In this document: piece after piece, positions 58,728 through 64,000 of the stretch
Numbering within the stretch: position 1 is the stretch's first letter
How the letters are laid out: every line of letters begins with the position of its first letter
Origin: Mogibacterium sp.
GTDB taxonomy: Bacteria; Bacillota; Clostridia; Peptostreptococcales; Anaerovoracaceae
DNA: 64,000 nt
Assembly (NCBI GenBank): GCA_024403035.1
Contig: JAKSSP010000005.1
Coordinates: 24,176 to 88,175, forward strand
Direction of reading: 5' to 3'
The notes under the pieces: generated by a model
The model's database searches: none
What the model was told of the DNA's origin: nothing
The model's input: only the letters and a program-made list of their open reading frames with translations
Made by a program: the position numbers and the translations under genes

Positions 58728-59668
58728 TGGTACTGTTACTGCAATACACTATCATATTCGCCTCTGTACTTTGCCTCGTGGCGCTTGGCGGATGCTTCTC
58801 TGAGCACTCCGGCGTTATAAACCTTGGACTCGAAGGAATCATGGTAATGGGAGCTTTAGGCGGAGCTGTAACGATGTTCCTGCTTCCTGCCGGCACTGCA
58901 AAGATAGTCATCGTGCTGGCGACCACTCTCTTTGCCATCCTTGTGGGAATGATCTACTCCTGCCTGCTGGGCGTTGCCTGCATCAACTTCAAGGCTGACC
59001 AGACACTCGTAGGTACGGCTATGAACCTGCTGGCTACGGCTGCTGCAACCGTATTCGTCAGAGCGCTGAACACATCGATCAACCCTGACAACGTTTCCAG
59101 CTCCATCCAGTACATCCAGGAGAAGAAAGCTTTCCTGAAATATTTCGGAGGTTTTGAGTTCAACTGGTTCATGGTAATGGCGGTAGTCATGCTTGTACTT
59201 TCATGGTTCCTGCTTTACAAGACAAAGTTCGGACTGAGACTCATGGCCTGCGGCGAGAACCCTCAGGCTGCGGACTCCGTAGGTATCAACGTATACAAGA
59301 TGCGCTGGGCAGGCGTCCTGATCTCCGGCTTCCTCGGCGGACTCGGCGGAATCGTGTACATCACGGCCGGCGTATCCGAGTGGAAATTCGAGATGGGTGT
59401 CGCGGGCTTCGGCTTCCTGGCTCTGGCCGTAATGATCTTCGGTCAGTGGAAACCGACCAACATCGCTCTCGCGGCCCTGCTCTTCGGACTCTTCCGCGCG
59501 CTGTCGAACGTATACGCAGGTATCCCGTTCCTGGCTGCAATGAACATACCGAGCACGGTATACAACATGCTGCCGTACATCATCTCGCTGGTAGTACTTG
59601 CATTCACATCCAAGAACTCCAGAGCGCCTAAAGCGGAAGGTATTCCTTACGACAAGGGACAGAGATAA
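58727..59668 (+). CDS. ABC transporter permease (BMP-type system)
   Basis: 313-aa polytopic membrane ORF, start-overlapped with the previous permease stop. Confidence 0.8.
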   Translation: MVLLLQYTIIFASVLCLVALGGCFSEHSGVINLGLEGIMVMGALGGAVTMFLLPAGTAKIVIVLATTLFAILVGMIYSCLLGVACINFKADQTLVGTAMNLLATAAATVFVRALNTSINPDNVSSSIQYIQEKKAFLKYFGGFEFNWFMVMAVVMLVLSWFLLYKTKFGLRLMACGENPQAADSVGINVYKMRWAGVLISGFLGGLGGIVYITAGVSEWKFEMGVAGFGFLALAVMIFGQWKPTNIALAALLFGLFRALSNVYAGIPFLAAMNIPSTVYNMLPYIISLVVLAFTSKNSRAPKAEGIPYDKGQR

Positions 59669-59734
59669 TAACTATCATCAGGTGATAAAGGCGGGGCAGT
59701 TTGCTTCCGCCTTTATCAATAAAGGAGTCAAGTA

Positions 59735-60391
59735 ATGGATACAAAAGAAATTCTGAAATACTGCGACCACACCCTACTGGCCCAGACGGCTACATGGGAA
59801 GACATCAAGGCGATCATCGATGACGGCATCAAGTACGAGACGGCCAGTGTCTGCATCCCGCCGGGATATGTAGCGCAGGCTAAGGACTATGCCGGAAACA
59901 ACCTCAAGATCTGCACGGTCATCGGTTTCCCTAACGGATATAACACGACAGCGGTAAAGGCCTTTGAGACCAGTGATGCTCTCGACAACGGAGCTGATGA
60001 GATCGACATGGTGATCAACATAGGCTGGGTCAAGGACAAAAGATGGGATGACATCGAGAATGAGATCCGCATCCTCAAGGAGATCTGCGGCGATAACATT
60101 TTAAAGGTCATCATCGAGACCTGCATGCTGACCGATGAGGAGAAGGTGAAGCTTTGCGAGATCGTTACATTCGCTGGAGCTGACTTCATCAAGACTTCGA
60201 CGGGATTCGGCGGAGGCGGAGCGACCTTTGAGGACGTTGAACTGATGGTAAAGAACGTCGGCGAGGGCGTAAAGGTCAAAGCGTCCGGCGGGATCAGCGG
60301 ACTCGAGGACGCTGCTAAGTTCATTGAGATCGGAGCTAAGCGTCTGGGCACGAGCCGTGTCGTGAAGGCAGCAAAAGCCGCTGAAAAGTAG
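59735..60391 (+). CDS. deoC: Deoxyribose-phosphate aldolase
   Basis: CDHTLL, the VCIPP motif and the Schiff-base lysine region FIKTSTGF. Confidence 0.9.
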   Translation: MDTKEILKYCDHTLLAQTATWEDIKAIIDDGIKYETASVCIPPGYVAQAKDYAGNNLKICTVIGFPNGYNTTAVKAFETSDALDNGADEIDMVINIGWVKDKRWDDIENEIRILKEICGDNILKVIIETCMLTDEEKVKLCEIVTFAGADFIKTSTGFGGGGATFEDVELMVKNVGEGVKVKASGGISGLEDAAKFIEIGAKRLGTSRVVKAAKAAEK

Positions 60392-60457
60392 CATAATTTA
60401 TAATATCTTTACATATTTCGCAATATTATTACCGTTTTTAGAAAAGAGGTAAGGAAA

Positions 60458-61249
60458 ATGGTAGATTATACAGAAGGCGGAGGCTATCAGTATCACGTAG
60501 GTCTGAGGCCGGGAGATGTCGGTGAATATGTTATTTTGCCGGGCGATCCGCATAGAGTACCTAAGATCGCCGCATATTTCGATAACGCCGAAAAAGTAGC
60601 TGACAGCCGTGAGTACGTTACGTATACAGGTTATCTGGATGGCGTCAAGGTCAGCTGCACAAGTACCGGTGTAGGCGGCCCGTCCGCTTCCATCGCGCTC
60701 GAGGAAGTCGCCAATGTAGGAGGCAAGACCTTCATCAGAGTCGGTACATGCGGAGGCATGGATCTCGATGTGAAGGGCGGAGACGTCGTCGTAGCAACAG
60801 GCGCAGTCCGCATGGACGGAACATCGAAAGAATACTGCCCGATAGAATATCCTGCAGTATCCGATGTAACTGTTTCGGCTTCTCTTGCCAACGCGGCAAA
60901 GAAGCTTGGCGCTCCGTATCACACAGGTGTCGTTCAGTGCAAGGACGCTTTCTACGGACAGCACATGCCGGAGGCTCTTCCTAACAGCCACGAGCTCCTG
61001 GAGAAATGGGACGCCTGGCTGCGCATGGGATGCAAGGCTTCCGAGATGGAATCGGCGACCCTCTTCATCGTAGGCGCTTACCGCAGGCTGAGAGTCGGAT
61101 CGGTATTCCTGGTCGTAGCGAATCAGGAAAGAGAGAAGGTGGGCCTGCCTAATCCGCAGGAGCATGACACCGACCTGGCTATCCGCGTAGCCATCGAGGC
61201 GATCCGCATGATGATAGCCGAAGATAAAAGCAAGGAAGGAAAAGAATAA
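60458..61249 (+). CDS. udp: Uridine phosphorylase (PNP_UDP_1 family)
   Basis: [47 protein letters not shown], the Udp-like pattern. The assignment within the nucleoside phosphorylase family is tentative. Confidence 0.7.
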   Translation: MVDYTEGGGYQYHVGLRPGDVGEYVILPGDPHRVPKIAAYFDNAEKVADSREYVTYTGYLDGVKVSCTSTGVGGPSASIALEEVANVGGKTFIRVGTCGGMDLDVKGGDVVVATGAVRMDGTSKEYCPIEYPAVSDVTVSASLANAAKKLGAPYHTGVVQCKDAFYGQHMPEALPNSHELLEKWDAWLRMGCKASEMESATLFIVGAYRRLRVGSVFLVVANQEREKVGLPNPQEHDTDLAIRVAIEAIRMMIAEDKSKEGKE

Positions 61250-62412
61250 TGGGCAAGAGAGTATTCTGGATAGTGCTCGACAGCGCGGGCATCGGCGGCG
61301 CTCCTGACGCGGCCGACTTTGGCGATGCCGGAGCCGATACTTTCGGCAGCTGCTACAAGAGCGGCGGCATGGACGTGCCTGTCATGGAGAAGCTGGGCAT
61401 CAGGAACATCAAGGACACATCGTTCTATGATCCTAAAGAAGATATCGACGGCTGCTTCTGCCGCATGCACGAGAAGTCCCGCGGCAAGGACACGACAGTA
61501 GGCCACTGGGAGATGGCGGGCATGGTTTCGCCAAAGCCGCTTCCTACATACTACGAAGGCTTCCCGCAGGAGATCCTCGACAAGCTGTCAAAGGCTACCG
61601 GCAGAAACATAGTCTGCAACAAGACATATTCCGGGACTGATGTTATCAGGGACTACGGAAAGCATCATGTCGAGACCGGCGATCTTATCGTTTATACGAG
61701 CGCTGACAGCGTGATGCAGATAGCTGCTCACGAGGACGTCGTTCCTATCGAAGAGCTTTACGATATCTGCCACAAGGCAAGAGAGATCATGCAGGGCGAG
61801 CACGGTGTAGGCCGTATCATCGCGAGACCGTTCGAAGGCGAATGGCCTTACCAGAGAACGGTGAGACGCCACGACTACAGTCTGCAGCCGCCTCGTGAAA
61901 CAGTGCTTGACGCTCTCAAGGAGAAAGGCTTCATGGTCATTGGCGTAGGCAAGATCTACGATATCTTTGCCGGCAAGAGCGTCATGTTCAGCTATTCCAA
62001 CAAGGGCAACGAGGCCAACATGGTAAGGACGATAGATCTTGCGGACGCGGACTTTGAGGGAGTCTGCTATGTGAACCTGGTAGATACAGACATGATCTAC
62101 GGACACAGAAGAGATATCCCGGGCTACACAAATGCTCTGAATACTGCTGACAGACAGCTTGGCGAGCTTATGGAGAAGATGGGTCCTGAGGACATCCTGA
62201 TGGTCACGGCCGACCACGGCTGCGATCCGGGCTACAAGGGCACCGACCATACACGCGAGGACGTCATGTGCCTCGTATGGGGACCGTCCCTCAAGAAGGG
62301 CGTTGATCTCGGAACACGTGACACGTTTGCTGATCAGGCTGCTACCATTGCTGAATATTTCGGTATTGATTACCGCGGCGACGGAAAGTCGTTCCTCAGC
62401 GAGATATTGTAA
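61249..62412 (+). CDS. deoB: Phosphopentomutase
   Basis: RVFWIVLDSAGIG and TADHGCDP, motifs of the DeoB family. Confidence 0.9.
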   Translation: MGKRVFWIVLDSAGIGGAPDAADFGDAGADTFGSCYKSGGMDVPVMEKLGIRNIKDTSFYDPKEDIDGCFCRMHEKSRGKDTTVGHWEMAGMVSPKPLPTYYEGFPQEILDKLSKATGRNIVCNKTYSGTDVIRDYGKHHVETGDLIVYTSADSVMQIAAHEDVVPIEELYDICHKAREIMQGEHGVGRIIARPFEGEWPYQRTVRRHDYSLQPPRETVLDALKEKGFMVIGVGKIYDIFAGKSVMFSYSNKGNEANMVRTIDLADADFEGVCYVNLVDTDMIYGHRRDIPGYTNALNTADRQLGELMEKMGPEDILMVTADHGCDPGYKGTDHTREDVMCLVWGPSLKKGVDLGTRDTFADQAATIAEYFGIDYRGDGKSFLSEIL

Positions 62413-62428
62413 AGGACAATCCGACACA

Positions 62429-62461
62429 GGGCCGTCCGGCATTTGCCGGATGGCTCTTTTT
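62429..62461 (+). terminator. Rho-independent terminator of deoB
   Basis: gggccgtccggca tt tgccggatggctc hairpin followed by TTTTT. Confidence 0.7.
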
Positions 62462-62512
62462 ATGCGCGTGTGGTAGAATACAAGGCGTATCAAAGAAAGG
62501 GGAACATCCATC

Positions 62513-63922
62513 ATGGCGGATACGATTGCAGCGATATCAACAGCGCCTGGAGAAGGCGGTATAGGAATAGTGAGGGTAAGCGGACCTGAGAGCGAGGCGC
62601 TGATGAGGCGCCTTATGCTTGGCTGCCCGGAAGAGATAGAACCGCGCCACGCGTATACGGGCAAGGTAGTCAGGGACAATTCAGACCCAAAGGCGGAGAT
62701 CATAGACGAGGCCGTCTTCCTCTTCATGAAAGGACCGGCCTCATATACAGGTGAGGACATGCTTGAGATACAGGGACACGGCAGCAACGTGTCTCTGAAG
62801 GCCATTCTTTCGGCAGTACTCAGTTCCGGACTAGGCAATGTGCGCATGGCCGATCCGGGAGAGTTCACAAAGCTTGCGTTCCTGAACGGCAAAATGGATC
62901 TCTCGCAGGCAGAGGCTGTCATAGACATCATCAAGGCAAAAACGGACCTGTCTCTGGAGATAGCAGAGGAGCAGCGTGCCGGAAGGCTGGGTGACACCAT
63001 AAGGGAGATCAGAGAAACTCTCCTTGACGTACTGGCCGAGATGGCCGTGGATATCGACTATCCGGATGAGGACTACGGCGATGAGGAAAATGCCTACAGC
63101 CACATCATCAACGACCTCAGGTGGGTAGATGATGATGTCGAAAAACTCCTGGATACCGTCTCCATAGGAAGGATAGCCCGTGAGGGAGTCAGGGCAGTCA
63201 TAGTCGGCAAGCCAAACGCGGGAAAGAGCTCACTCATGAACGCCATACTCGGCGAGGGTCGTGTAATAGTGACCGATGTACCGGGAACGACACGCGACAC
63301 AGTCGAAGAAAGCGCTTCACTGGGAGGCGTTCCTATCGTGCTTATCGATACCGCGGGCCTTCGCGAATCTGATGACAAGGTCGAGAAGATCGGCATCGAG
63401 AGGACCACAAAGGCCATAGCGGGAGCTGACATACTCATACTCGTTCTTGACGGAAGCCAGGATCTCGATGAAGAGGATGAGAAGGTGCTTGAGTTCATCG
63501 AAAAGATGAGTACAGACCACATGCTGGTCGTAATAAACAAGCAGGACCTCGGAAGAGAGATCACCGAGGAAGAAGTGCATGAGAAACTGCCGGGAGTCAG
63601 GATCATTTCGACATCACTGGTCGGAACGGGCGCGATCGAAGCTGCGGAGAAGATCTCCGAGGCTATCGGCGAGATGCTGGACCTTGGCAATATCAACGTC
63701 CATGAGTCAAATATCATCACAAACGAAAGACATGTGCAGATGCTCAAAAGAGCCTCGAGAGAACTGGATGAGGCCATAAGCCTGCTGAAGAACGGCGAGC
63801 CGGTTGAAGTCGCGGAGCTTTCGGCACACTACGCATATGAAGCGCTCGGAAAGATCATCGGCGAGGAAGTCGGAGAAGAAATACTCGACACCGTCTTCAG
63901 TAAGTTCTGCCTGGGTAAATAA
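62513..63922 (+). CDS. mnmE: tRNA modification GTPase MnmE
   Basis: DTIAAISTAPGEGGIGIVRVSG, the G domain GKPNAGKSS / DTAG / NKQD, and the C-terminal FCLGK. Confidence 0.95.
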   Translation: MADTIAAISTAPGEGGIGIVRVSGPESEALMRRLMLGCPEEIEPRHAYTGKVVRDNSDPKAEIIDEAVFLFMKGPASYTGEDMLEIQGHGSNVSLKAILSAVLSSGLGNVRMADPGEFTKLAFLNGKMDLSQAEAVIDIIKAKTDLSLEIAEEQRAGRLGDTIREIRETLLDVLAEMAVDIDYPDEDYGDEENAYSHIINDLRWVDDDVEKLLDTVSIGRIAREGVRAVIVGKPNAGKSSLMNAILGEGRVIVTDVPGTTRDTVEESASLGGVPIVLIDTAGLRESDDKVEKIGIERTTKAIAGADILILVLDGSQDLDEEDEKVLEFIEKMSTDHMLVVINKQDLGREITEEEVHEKLPGVRIISTSLVGTGAIEAAEKISEAIGEMLDLGNINVHESNIITNERHVQMLKRASRELDEAISLLKNGEPVEVAELSAHYAYEALGKIIGEEVGEEILDTVFSKFCLGK

Positions 63923-64000
63923 AAAAGAGCTGCTTGCAGCTCTATAAGGATAGCTCGCGGATCAGTTCGTGAGGAAGGAGTGTCCTGAAGGGACACTTCT

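Overview
This window looks like a Gram-positive anaerobe (Clostridia-like gene content) and spans the chromosomal replication origin. Everything below comes from reading the sequence and recalling family motifs; no searches were run.

**1 to 29.3 kb, almost all minus strand:** an accessory cell-surface glycopolymer locus. It holds three TagB/TagF-type glycerophosphotransferases, a GT2 gene split by a single amber codon, a TagG/TagH exporter and a truncated O-antigen-ligase-like gene. It also holds a nine-gene pseudaminic-acid-type nonulosonic acid operon (pseB, pseC, pseG, pseI and an SpsF-type cytidylyltransferase). That operon has no PseH acetyltransferase. Instead it carries an ATP-grasp, class-III aminotransferase and Fe-alcohol-dehydrogenase trio, plus a 727-aa protein with sialyltransferase D/E-D/E-G and HP motifs. 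The locus is full of insertion sequences: two unrelated IS21 elements (one sits exactly between tagG and tagH with a 5-bp duplication), an IS3 remnant, an IS5/IS1182-type transposase and a truncated IS30. It also contains several decayed genes.

**29 to 38.5 kb:** housekeeping genes (rfbA, rbr, plsC, dtd, galE) mixed with small accessory cassettes.
- A Fic protein followed by a histidine phosphatase, with a 15-bp inverted repeat built around its promoter.
- A DUF4160-fragment and DUF2442-XRE pair behind a promoter filled by a 20-bp perfect palindrome.
- An orphan PD-(D/E)xK-like gene preceded by eight helically phased TGCGCA boxes and a GC-rich island. This is the most unexplained signal I found.

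**38.5 to 64 kb:** gyrA, gyrB, an HTH-Uma2 fusion, recF, then jag-yidC-yidD-rnpA-rpmH, a bipartite oriC, and dnaA-dnaN. After that come pseudouridine and nucleoside salvage genes (psuG, psuK, tdk, a BMP-type ABC transporter, deoC, udp, deoB) and mnmE. Gene order around oriC is non-canonical. The dnaA-dnaN block is far more AT-rich than its neighbours, and its DnaA has an atypical DNA-binding signature.

No rRNA, tRNA or CRISPR array was recognised.
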